From Rhizaria sp. SCN 62-66 (lineage: Eukaryota), in contig MEDY01000259.1 in NCBI GenBank assembly GCA_001724265.1, positions 1-44,092 on the forward strand: a stretch of DNA of 44,092 nucleotides. Reading direction: 5' to 3'. Made by a program: the position numbers and the translations under genes. The notes beneath the pieces are model-generated. The model did no database searches and was not told the origin of the DNA. It worked only from the letters and a program-made list of their open reading frames with translations. This document shows, in pieces, positions 33,676 through 44,092 of the stretch (the stretch's first letter is position 1; every line of letters starts with the position of its first letter).

Positions 33676-34784
33676 AGGAACAGTTGCCAAACAACATCTC
33701 TAACGAACTGACAAGTAGAGGTGGGCACTGGTAGACAAAACAACGTTTGTTACCCTCTTTGTCTTGCTTTGTTTCGAGTTACTTCTCATATTTTGTTTTA
33801 TGATGAGAATGGTCATAGGATAACGGTCATCTCAAATAATCTCTGTTGTCTTTGCTATAATGCCGATGCTTGTTTTCACTGTTGTCGCTTTCGTAAAACA
33901 ACAAAAGCAACACATTTTTATTATTATCGCTGCGTTTTTGTTCTGTGTTTTGTTCTGTGACATGTTTAAGGATGGATTCAGCTGATTGAAGTCGTGCTTG
34001 CTCGTATTGTATTTCTACGCTGCATGCACACAGGGCGAAGTTTGCTGAGTTCTTTGTCGACATCTTTAATAGAAATTGCTATTTAGAATCGTAACTGGTC
34101 GTCTGCGTTTAGCTTGCTTCCCTAGTCAATTGATTGGCGTGCAGTATGTTATATCACGCAATGTTTTGAATGAAATATGTATTATTAGGGTGTTATTTGT
34201 GCGAAATATTAAGTAAGCAAGAGTGCAGTTGTCCGCTTTGACAACAACACTCAGAAAGAACAAACGAGAAAAGGAAAAACAAAAGACTAAAGACGGAGGC
34301 TAAGAAAACAAGAGCAAGCGAAAGTAAGAAACTTGCACGCAATACAACTTACAGGTATCGACAGTGTCAACAGATGTAAGCATCGACACATACTATGGAT
34401 GGAAGATATGAGAGACTACAACTCCCCCCAACAGAAATCACAATCAAGTTCTCAAAAGCACAGTCGATGTCAGGAAAGGCGATAAACTGACACATAAATG
34501 ACATCACAGATGCTTGCTAACTTGATCGATAAATACATTTCATGCACTCCTCCAGAACTGCACACATCTTTAACTTATAACCGATGCAGTGTAGATTTGA
34601 AGTAAGGCACAGAAGAGAACAAAAGACGAAGACGAAAATAACGACAATGACCTAATTTAGCTGGATAAAAGCAATGTCGGTAAAAAAAAAGGCAATACGA
34701 ACTTAGACTGCATCCAAACGCAATCTCGTGATAAGATTATCATTCACAACAAGTGCTGACATCGCATCTCAGTAGTATTTTGCT

Positions 34785-36061
34785 TTACTTCTTCTCCTCG
34801 CTGCCCGCGCTCTCGCTCGGGCTCGCAGCGGTAGCCTCCGAACTAGCGCCCGCGGCGCCAGCGCTGGCCGCACCGGGGACATTGACGCGCTTGAGAGTGA
34901 TCGGGCTGAAGCCCAGAATGGGGTCGAGCACGCCAGTCAAGTCGAACATGCCCTTCTTGTTGAGCACGTAGGGGTGCTTAGACGTGCTCACGCACAACGG
35001 GAGGTACTTAGAGGACTGCAGCATCGACTGCGTGATGCGCTCGTCGAGCCCCGTGACGTTGCTGCGCGGAATCGTGGCCGTCTTAGTGCCGAACGGAGTG
35101 TAGACGTTAAGGTGGATCGGGTCCGTCGGGCCGCTCACGGTCATCTAACATGTTGAGATACAACACAATCGGAAATAGATATAAAAGAAAAAATATGTGA
35201 ACACTCATTCAATCAATCTCTAGAAACAACGTATTCTCGATTGGCCCACTTATCATTGCATTCTTCTAACCAATTGCGGTACAGTTACACTCGTGCGTGC
35301 GTCACTGCAGGTATATCACGGATGTTTGCGATCTAACGTACGGTCTTGACAATCCTGCGCACGGCGGCGGAGTGGATCTGGTAGACCAGCGCCATGGACA
35401 CCGTGGCGACGGTGGGCATGAACACGGACGCGGGTGCGCCGCTATGTGTGATGGCGGCGACGACGTAGCTCCAGTACGCCATCTGCGTCACCAGGAAGCC
35501 CGTCGTGAAACGGTGCGCGAGCATCGACGCCGTGTTCTCGAACACCACAAGCGGAACGGACGTGCTCAGGATCGGCTTGCCCGTCGTGGCGTCGGTCAGC
35601 GTCTCCGGGAACACTTCCTCGTAGAGCAGGTGGTAGCCGGCAGGGCGGCCCGCAGCCTCGGCCTCAGCGGCCGCCAGCGCGGCGGCGTCGAACTTCAGCG
35701 GCTTTCCATCCTTGTCCACCTTCGCGCCGGGCTTCGCCGTGGGCTCGGCAGCGGCGGCCGAGGCGTCGGCGGACGTCGCGGCCGCGGTGGCGTCGGCGGC
35801 AGCGCTGTTGTTGTTGGCCTTGCTCGCCTTGCTGTCGGTGGACTTGAACGCGGCGGGGAAGTGCAGGACGGGGGTGTTGTTGATGCTCACAAAAGCGGGG
35901 GCAGACGCAGCCAAGAGGGTAAGTGTGGGCGCGGCGCGGGAAGAGAGCATAGTAGGGTTGGCGGGCGCAGCCGTGAAGGTAGCGGCGGCGGAGACACCGC
36001 CAACTCCCCGGACTGCGAGGCGCTGGCTAAGGCGCGACATGGCACGCATGGAAAGCGCCAT
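34785..36061 (-). CDS. TMEM223: TMEM223-like (TMEM70/186/223 family) mitochondrial inner membrane protein, 2 exons, 359 aa
   Basis: Exons 36061-35342 and 35144-34785. Arg/Ser/Ala-rich presequence, two TM segments, then RRIVKTMTV..VYTPFG..YLPL.V....PYVLNKKGMF..VLD. Stop TAA. Confidence 0.65.
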
Positions 36062-36703
36062 TGGACCTAGAAACAATGAAATTAAGCAGAAAATAGTGTC
36101 AGATGGTGCAAAACAGTAACGATGCAGCGCGTTGTCGGAGATTGGCAGAGCTAAAGATGTGCAAAGTTTGCAGATTTTCGAGAGGACCGCCCGCAGCCCA
36201 GTCACGCTCGACTGCAACGACCGACGACGCGGCTCACGGTCATCGACCGAACAGCGCAAAAGCAGACTCCGCCCTGCCGTCTACCATCGTCTATTAGTAT
36301 TGAAATCAAACTATTACTCCGCCACAGTTTTAAAATATTTGTATTCTTTCCAACGCGTTCACCGAGGTATATCTTCTATGCGTACTCGCTGTGCCGACTC
36401 TCTACGCTCCCGACCACCCTCCTTCCTCGCGCGCTGCTTCTCTCTCACTCTCGCTCTCTCGTTTCGTTGTCTTTTCTACTGTCTCGCTCTTGCCAGGGTG
36501 CACACCGGGTTCTTGTTGTTTGTCAGGCACACAACAAGCAGACCTCGCGCGTATTCCTTTCCCCCCCAGGTGACACTATATCTTTCCCACACGTCTCGTT
36601 TCCCCGTAGTAACAGTAGCAGCAGCAGCAGCAGCAGCAACAGCAACAGCAGCAGTCGGAAGCAGACTAAGACTGCGTCTGACTCCTCTGCCGCGGACATT
36701 GAA

Positions 36704-37999
36704 ATGAGTGCTACGCCTCTCTACAACGGGAACAACAACAACAGCGGCAGCGCTGGCAACTCATCGCGTTCGTACGATGAGAGCAATGGCAACAACAACG
36801 CTGGTGCCAACGCTCTGAGGAACCGCGGCAACACGACCTCCCCGACCGCGCCCGGCACCGGCGCCGGCCTTGGCAGCCCCTCCGGTGGCATCTACGGGAG
36901 TTCGCACGCGTTCGGCACCGCGCCCGGCGGCGGCCGCCACCCGTCGATGCGCAACCTTCGCAACAACAACAACAATAACTCCGTCTCGGGCTTCGGCAGC
37001 CCCTTCGGCCTCTCGTCACCCAACGTCAACGGCGAAGGCAACGGCGGCACGTACAACGCCGCGAATGGCGGCACGTTCAACTCGACCCTGTCCAGCCCCG
37101 GCGGCGGCTACAACGGCAACTCGTTCCGCTCGCCGATCGCGCCCTCGGCGGCGCTCAAGACGCTCACTGCGTCGGCCGCGACGGCCGCCGAGGTCACGCT
37201 CGACGCGAGCTCGGTCCCCGCGGCCGACGCTGACGCGCTGCTGATCCCTGTGTCGGTGGCGCAAGTGCCCGCGCGCTTCCGCCCCAAGGCGCGCGAACGC
37301 CGCAGCCGCGAGAGCTTCATCATGCTGCGCGTCGAGGCCATCGTGCTCTTCATCGCGTTCATCTCCACGGCGGCCATGTTCAGCGAGGGCAACGCCGCGC
37401 TGGTGTGCCTCTGCGTGCTCGGCGCGCTCTTCTGCGTGCTGGGCTTCCACGGCGCGATCCGCGCTGACCCGCACACGCTCTTCGTCTTCTGGGCCGGCAT
37501 CCTCGCCTGGGCCGTGGGGCTCGCTGGCGTGATCCTCTACTACGTCTTCGTGGGCTCCGAAACGCTGGGCATCGCGCGCCGCCGCTGCCGCGACAACCTC
37601 TACGTGGCGCGCTTTGGTGACGGGTGCGCGGTCAACCCCGAGCAGTGTCGCGCTGAGTGTATACACCACGTCGAGACCAACCTCGTCGCCGTCATCGGCG
37701 TCTTCGGCGTCCTCGCAGTCGTCATCCTCGCCTTCGCCGCGCTGCAGGCGCGCGGGCTCTACAAGCGGCTCATTTTCGACGAGGCGGAGGCCGACGAGGG
37801 CGGCGGCAGCGGCAGCGGCGGCAGCGGCGCCTATACCGGCGTGAGCCGCAGCGGCGTCGGCCTCAGCGGGGCCGGAGTCAGCGGCGCGGGCGGCGCCCGC
37901 AGCGGGGCCCGCGGCGGCAACGATGACGATGACGACGGTGTGGTGTTTACCGTGAACGAGGCGCACCAGGCGGACCCCTTCGTGCTCCTGCAGGGCTGA
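36704..37999 (+). CDS. Four-pass membrane protein with tetraspanin-like topology and N/G/S-rich N-terminus, about 431 aa; start may lie upstream
   Basis: Three close TM helices, a 4-Cys loop (CRDN..GCAVNPEQCRAEC), a fourth TM helix, and GC3-rich codon usage. Stop TGA. Confidence 0.7.
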   Translation: MSATPLYNGNNNNSGSAGNSSRSYDESNGNNNAGANALRNRGNTTSPTAPGTGAGLGSPSGGIYGSSHAFGTAPGGGRHPSMRNLRNNNNNNSVSGFGSPFGLSSPNVNGEGNGGTYNAANGGTFNSTLSSPGGGYNGNSFRSPIAPSAALKTLTASAATAAEVTLDASSVPAADADALLIPVSVAQVPARFRPKARERRSRESFIMLRVEAIVLFIAFISTAAMFSEGNAALVCLCVLGALFCVLGFHGAIRADPHTLFVFWAGILAWAVGLAGVILYYVFVGSETLGIARRRCRDNLYVARFGDGCAVNPEQCRAECIHHVETNLVAVIGVFGVLAVVILAFAALQARGLYKRLIFDEAEADEGGGSGSGGSGAYTGVSRSGVGLSGAGVSGAGGARSGARGGNDDDDDGVVFTVNEAHQADPFVLLQG

Positions 38000-38839
38000 G
38001 GCGAAACATGTGATATTCCGTATCTGCGTGCTCGTACAAAGCCGGTATCTTTAGATTGAGCTCTTGCACTTTTGAAGTCTTTGTCAGGAGATAGATTGAG
38101 CAACGATATGGAGCATGCGAATTGCGATGAATGTTTGTTTTGTTGTTTTAAGCTTTGTTAAGGTATCTAGATGTGTGAGTTAGTGCGCTTGTGGCGGGCC
38201 AAGTGTGCTGTATAAGGTTTAGTAGTCTATATAGGTCTTGTTGCGGGAATACAAATAAGAAATACACATAATATCCAATTGAATTATGTTATATGTCTTC
38301 GTATTGATCGTAGAGTCGAACATCTGGGCCAGATATCACATGTTTTGGGTGAACGTAACACGCTGTTGCTGCGCGTTTGTGGTCGGGTTTGGGGACTCTC
38401 TGTCGGCAACGACCGCGGCAAAAGCGAAGAAAAATGAGCCTCTGTAGCAACACAATGGCAACATCAAGTGAAGATGTGGCGAAGTGCTGAGAAAGGGCGT
38501 TGTGTAAGATGTCTATTTGTATTTACGGCAGAGCTGACATTGTTTATTTGGGGCTGCGCATATGGATGCGAAGCGAGTCGGTTCCGCACTCTCACTCCCA
38601 ACCTGAATACTCCCGCACACTACCACATAACGCCATTCAATCTTGGCCCCAAGAAACCAACGTGCTATTTTAAGGTGGAAAACGATGTATAGTCACTTAT
38701 ATTTTGTATTGAATTCCGCTGGTACTAATCTTCTTTCGTAGTCACGTCTTCTCTGTCTTCACTCCACTCACACACTCTCTCGATCCACTCCTGCTTCACT
38801 GTTGTATCGTCTCCGCTGGATCGCATAGTCAGGTGACTT

Positions 38840-40802
38840 ATGTTCGCTACGTGCGCTGTCACCGGTCTCGTGGCCGTTGCCCCTCTGCTCCCCATCTCCG
38901 CCAACTCGTCCTCGGTTTACATCAAGAAGACGACTGATGCTGCTGAGGCGCTGGTGGCTCTGCCCTTCCCGACCTCGCTCGAGACCGCGTCCGCGCTCTC
39001 CCTCGTTCACCCCGCCACGGCCACGCTCGTCGAGGCTGACGCGCATATTGCCGAGGACGCCAATGAGGGCGACGATGACAACGACGACAAGAAGGACGAT
39101 AAGAAGAAGGACGCCAAGAAGGACGCCAAGAAGACTGACGTTGCTGCGCCCGTCAAGGTCCAGACCCCGTCGACGGAGTTCTTCTCCCCCTCTGTCGTGC
39201 GCGCGATGGGCTTCGACCGCAGCGGCAAGTACCTCGTCTGCGCCTCGGACAGCCCGCTTCTTGTGGTCTACGCCGTCCCCGGCCAGGCCGACAGCGGCTA
39301 CACGGCCGAGAAGCCTGTCGCGGCCTACTGCCCGCTCTTCCGCCGCCCCTCGGCGCTGACGTTCACCCCCGACAACCGCTTCATCATTGTCGGTGACCGC
39401 ATTGGCGACGTCTACGCCATCCCGTACGTCAAACATCTTTCGACGGAACCATAACACGAACAAAACAAGTCACATCATCGACTCCCAGTTCGGTCATGTT
39501 AAATTGTTTTGATTGGGATTTGTATCCGATATCATTCTTGTATTGTACCTTCATCTTGCTCACATTTATCTTCCCATCTCCATCCTCTCTGTGCATTACG
39601 CTCCGCCCAGCCTTGCGTCGCTGCTGGCCGGCCGTCCCGCGGCCCCGCGCCTGCTGTTCGCCCACAGCACGCTCGTGCTCACGCTGGCCTTCATGCGCAA
39701 CCCCGCGAACGGCGAGCCCGTGCTGGTGTCGACCGACGCCGAGCGCAAGGTCCGCGTCTCGCGCTGGCCCCACTTCTACGTCATCGACAAGATGTGCGTC
39801 GGCCTCCCCGGCATGCCCGCCGCGCTCCTGCCGCTCGCCGGCAGCGACGCCAGCAGCGCCAGCCAGTTCGTGAGCGTGGCCGCGATCGAGCCCCTGCCGT
39901 CCCATGTGTCGGTGTCGGGTAAGGTCGACACGTTGCCCCCCACGGCCGCGGCCTTCGACGCGCGCGTGTGGTCCACCGCGCTCAACGCCGGCGCCGCCTC
40001 CAACACCAGCGCCGCCGCCGTCGCGCTCGCCCGCGGCGAGATCGAGGTCAAGCCGCGCCTGCCCGCGCTCGGCGAGGGCGCGGTCGCGGCCGACTACTCG
40101 GCCATGGTCTACCCCGCGAGCGCCACACTCGTGGCCGCGGGCTCCGCGCACGTTGCCGTGGTCGCGCCCGCGGTGCTGCGCGCGATCCGCCCCGTGCGCC
40201 GCGGCCTCACCCCGCGCCCCAACGTCCACCTGCCCGCGCTGGCGGACCTGGTCGCCGTCGCCGTCGCCGGCGTCGGCGCTGATGCCGCGGTGCGCCAGGC
40301 CGCCAAGGTCGAGGTTGTCGTGGCCGACGGGGTGGCCGTGAACGCCGAGGAAACCCGCGTCGCGGCGCTCGCCACCGCCTCCCGCGGCGGCGCGCAGATC
40401 GCCGTGCTCACCGCGCGCAACGAGCTGCTCGAGGCGACCGTGGGTGCGAGCGAGGACGGCGCGACAGTAACCGTGACTGTCACCGGCTGCACCGCGCTGC
40501 CCGAGGCGCCCCGCGCCGTGGTCGTGACGCTGCCGTCCCCGTCCTCCACGATGCTCGCGCTGTCGGCTACCAACGCCGCCGTCGCGGCGGCCGCGGCGGG
40601 CGTGGCCGTGGGCGACATGTGGGTCATGTCGACCGAGAACGACCTGCACACGCGCGCGCTCGAGTCGTACTTCAAGAACGAGATCGTGTTCGCGTTCAAG
40701 GAAGCCGTCAAGGAGAACAGCAAGGCTAAGAAGAAGAACAAGAAGGCCGATGGCGCGGCCGAGGCCGAGGCCGAGGCGGCTGAGGAGGAGGATGACGAGT
40801 GA
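38840..40802 (+). CDS. WDR4: tRNA (guanine-N7) methyltransferase non-catalytic WD40 subunit (WDR4/Trm82), 2 exons, about 591 aa
   Basis: Exons 38840-39423 and 39611-40802. RRPSALTF..IIVGDRIGDVY, LLFAHSTLVLTL and VSTDAERKVRVSRWPHFYVIDKMCVG parallel the Trm82 motifs. Stop TGA. Confidence 0.78.
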
Positions 40803-41796
40803 ATGAAGCGTCGCGTTGAATGACTGTGCAAGAGTGAGCAGAACAGCTCAGTATTCATTCATGCTGACTTTTCCGAGTTGTGGTTTCATTATTTCGTAGT
40901 AGCAGGGCCAGAAACACATTCATGATATGACATAATACAATATATACAATTGTTTCAATATTACAGTAACGTTTGACTGTTCAATTCAGGGGTAAGGTGT
41001 TGGGGTGCAGGTACAATAATGTACATACATTTAGAAGACAGATTGTATTGTAAGCTTATTTGATAAAGTGATATTATGAAGGTCGTTAAGATGTTATGAA
41101 CGGAAGTTTTACAAGATCAACGTCGCCGTTGAGATCTTACACACACACAACACGTGTGGCCCATTGCGGTTGTTGTAGTCGTCGTTATTGAGTCAGAACA
41201 ACACATAAACACCCTGACAATGAGTCAAGTGAGGCACATATGAAATCACACAAGGGGCTACATTGTGATCACGAAAAATCAATAACACCAGATTTACGAT
41301 GACAGGACATCAAAACTAGACAGAGACTAGGAGACTGTAAGAAGAGAAACTACGACGAAGACTACAACGATGACGGAACGGGAATGCGAGAACAAGCGAA
41401 GACGGCAGGGCAAGTGTGTAAGAGTGACTTTTCGAATGGAAACAAAAAACGAACAACACTGCGACTGTAGCTACGCGTTGTTGTGAGAAGATGGGTATCA
41501 CAAAAGATTACGGTAACGAGAGTTTGATAAACTAACAAGTGCGAGAGAGCTCGAGCCAGAGTCCAATGCTAAAGAGTGACAACAGTCACCTTTCGAGCAG
41601 TTGAGCAAGAGCAGAATACAGAGCGACGCCGAATAACTGCAAAACAGTTACGCTAGTTATCAAATTAAGATGACGGCAACAGTACGAACAGAACACGAAC
41701 AGGAGATAGGGCAGCAGCAGACAAGTATCCAAACAAACAAGCAGAAACAAACTTAGCACAAAAGCTAGTTTGCGAGTCAAAGCTACTTATGCTTGA

Positions 41797-41820
41797 GTGT
41801 GTGTGTGTGTGTGTGTGTGT
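41797..41820. repeat. (GT)12 microsatellite
   Basis: Read directly from the sequence. Confidence 0.95.
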
Positions 41821-44034
41821 GCGTCCGTTACAGTCATATCTCGAACTCAACCGAGTATCAACGGATTCAGTAGCATATTAGCATTGACAAACCAAATGTC
41901 ATAATACCAATGATCGAAATCTGAACTGAAACCGAAGATATTACAACAAGAAGTTCATCCGTGATGATGAGATACGCGAACAAAATACGTCGTACGTTGC
42001 TTATCAAAGTGTGATGTCGTGATGTAACGTGAGGATAAACATCCATGTGAGATTTGAAACTTTCATTGCTGCGTTGTTGCGGTTGTCGTTGTTGTCGTCG
42101 TTGTTGACGATGTTGTTTCCGCAAATAGAGTCGAAACTCGATCGAGAGTCTTGACTGTAATACGACGTCACATCTCGATAATTATGATGACGATGACGAT
42201 GCTAATTACTGTAATACTAATACTTATACTCATAATTATACATAAAAATACTTATACTGGGGCTAATTACACAAACACTACTCATACGAATAAGAATAAC
42301 ATACTTATACTACGACGTAAGCTTTGACTAAGAGACAAGAGGCGTTGTGATGAAGGGATTTGGGGAATGGGGGGTGGAGTTGATAAAGGGTGCAATTTGT
42401 AATCTGACAAAGGGACAGACAAGCAAAGAAAGTAAGCAACAACAACAAAAAAGGCATGACAAATATGACAAAGTAAATGGTGCTTGTAATGAGAAATGAC
42501 AAGCGTTGCAGTTGTGATGGGGACAGAGAAGACAAAGCCGTTGTGTGAAGAACATTGTGAGTGGCTATGAGTGCAGCACGTGACTGTGAGCAGTGGCAAA
42601 GACCATGACCCTGGTGTCACAAAGACACAGAGCAGACACTGGCACAGACACGAACACGGTCGTAGTCGCAGATGGGAAGAAAGGCTTGTGGTGACCGAAA
42701 GACTATGGGTGTTGTTGTTGGTGTTACATATTGGGAATCTTAATCTAAAAATGTCCTAAAACTCATAAAATAAAATAGAAACTATCACACAACTATTCGA
42801 TAAAAAAATACACACAACATATAGATATATTATAAGAGAAAACTAAACTAAACATAAAAAACGATGATGATGATGAGATGAACGAAAGCACTGCTGCAAC
42901 CAATACTGATTGGTCCGACCACAGACCCCGCCTACACCCAAATGCGAATGCTTTTCAGCACTGAGCCCACTAAATGGAGTTGGCAAGAACAAAAGCATGA
43001 GCGAGAGAGGTGAAGGCGAGAGCGTGTAAAGCCAAGCCAACAGTGACATCACGAGTGAGCGCGCGCGCGAGCGAGAGCGAGCGACACAAGGAAGAGCGAC
43101 AGCAAGGACGGGAAAGAAAGACGAGAGAGAAAAAAGAGAGAATAAGGAGCAGCATCGTAGGATGACACATAAGCGAATGCAAGAAAGGCGCCCGCTGAGT
43201 GACATGTTAAAACACGTTAAACCTTTTGAGATTTCCACTGAAACAACGGTCACCAACATCACAAAAACGGATCGTGTCAGTGTTTTAATGAGAATTCTTA
43301 GTTGAGTTTTTGTGTTTTTGTGATTGGTATTGTTAATGATTGCGCCAAGTACGGGTTAATGTGTACTCGTTGCTCTTTAACTGGTATGAATACATAGAAA
43401 GTGCGACGGTTGATACTACTACGACTACTACTGCGACTATTTCTACTACTCGTGCTGTGATTGCTGTTATTATTATCTATGTTTCAATGCTATAACCTCT
43501 AAAATGTGAGATAGTTGCAGAGTGACACAGTAACAGAGTTCGAACGTACTTAACACCACGATAAACTTCAACAAGCCATAACATAAGATAACATAAAGGA
43601 AAATAAACATATGAATACAACAAACTAGAACACACAAACACTATCTACAGCAAAGCCAAACTGAAGCGTAACTATCACCAGCTCAATATTCCAAACATCG
43701 AGGAAAGGCGAGTCAGTCAGTCATGCAATAATCAAATCAAGCACGTTTCGTTTTTTAAACTGCGCGAATCAACATGAAAACAAATGAAGACACAGAGACA
43801 GACACACATACATATAAACAACATGAAATGAAACTGAAAGCATGAGAAAGCAAGCAAGAAGGCAAATGGACAAACAAGCAAGCAAGAAAAACCAAAGAAT
43901 CAATCAAGCACTGCGAAAAGATGAAGTGAAGGTGTTATGCGTCTGTGTGTGTGAAAATAAAAAAGAAGAGCAAAGCAAACATAGAAACTATACAGTGTTG
44001 TGAATGCAGGATGAGAAAATCCATAACAAAAAAA

Positions 44035-44035
<1 letters not shown>

Positions 44036-44092
<57 letters not shown>
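44036..44092. repeat. (AC)n microsatellite running to the window end
   Basis: Perfect AC repeat of 57 nt, possibly a contig end. Confidence 0.97.

Noticed and set aside
42865-42965. Possible C/D box snoRNA (TGATGA ... CTGA ... CTGA)
   Set aside because: The C box is part of a GAT triplet run, there is no terminal stem, and the weak rRNA-like complement is not adjacent to a D box.
41586-44091. Short minus-strand ORFs in the terminal region (e.g. 41867-42124, 42843-43262, 43900-44091)
   Set aside because: Their composition derives from T/C-rich and microsatellite sequence, and they lack the codon bias of the real genes.
1-44092. Mobile elements, CRISPR arrays, tRNA or rRNA genes
   Set aside because: I recognised no transposase or RT motifs, terminal repeats, spaced repeat arrays or structural RNA signatures. 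In particular, no tRNA(CUA) was seen in this window.

Overview
Gene-dense eukaryotic (protist-like) genomic DNA with GC-rich exons and pyrimidine-rich GT-AG introns of 91-301 nt. I rebuilt 15 protein-coding genes by hand. Four ribosomal protein genes sit in two head-to-head pairs (RPL18A partial/RPS28, RPL23A/RPL4). They are followed by a COG0523/CobW GTPase, a J-domain + PH protein, a giant SCP2-domain protein, a greatly expanded NSUN5/Rcm1 methyltransferase, 3-mercaptopyruvate sulfurtransferase, a 2H phosphoesterase protein, SF3A2, an MFSD1-like transporter, a TMEM223-like protein, a tetraspanin-like protein and WDR4/Trm82. About 3.3 kb of non-coding DNA ending in a (CA)n tract closes the window. 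Main finding: four in-frame TAG codons interrupt three otherwise intact genes, three of them in Gln-rich tracts, while all 14 complete genes end in TAA (6) or TGA (8). This points to a variant nuclear genetic code with UAG = Gln and UAA/UGA still stops. Secondary signals are a 17-nt motif shared by both ribosomal-protein promoters, a rigid GTACGY splice donor and large low-complexity insertions in conserved enzymes. Family assignments come from motif recognition only; no searches were run.
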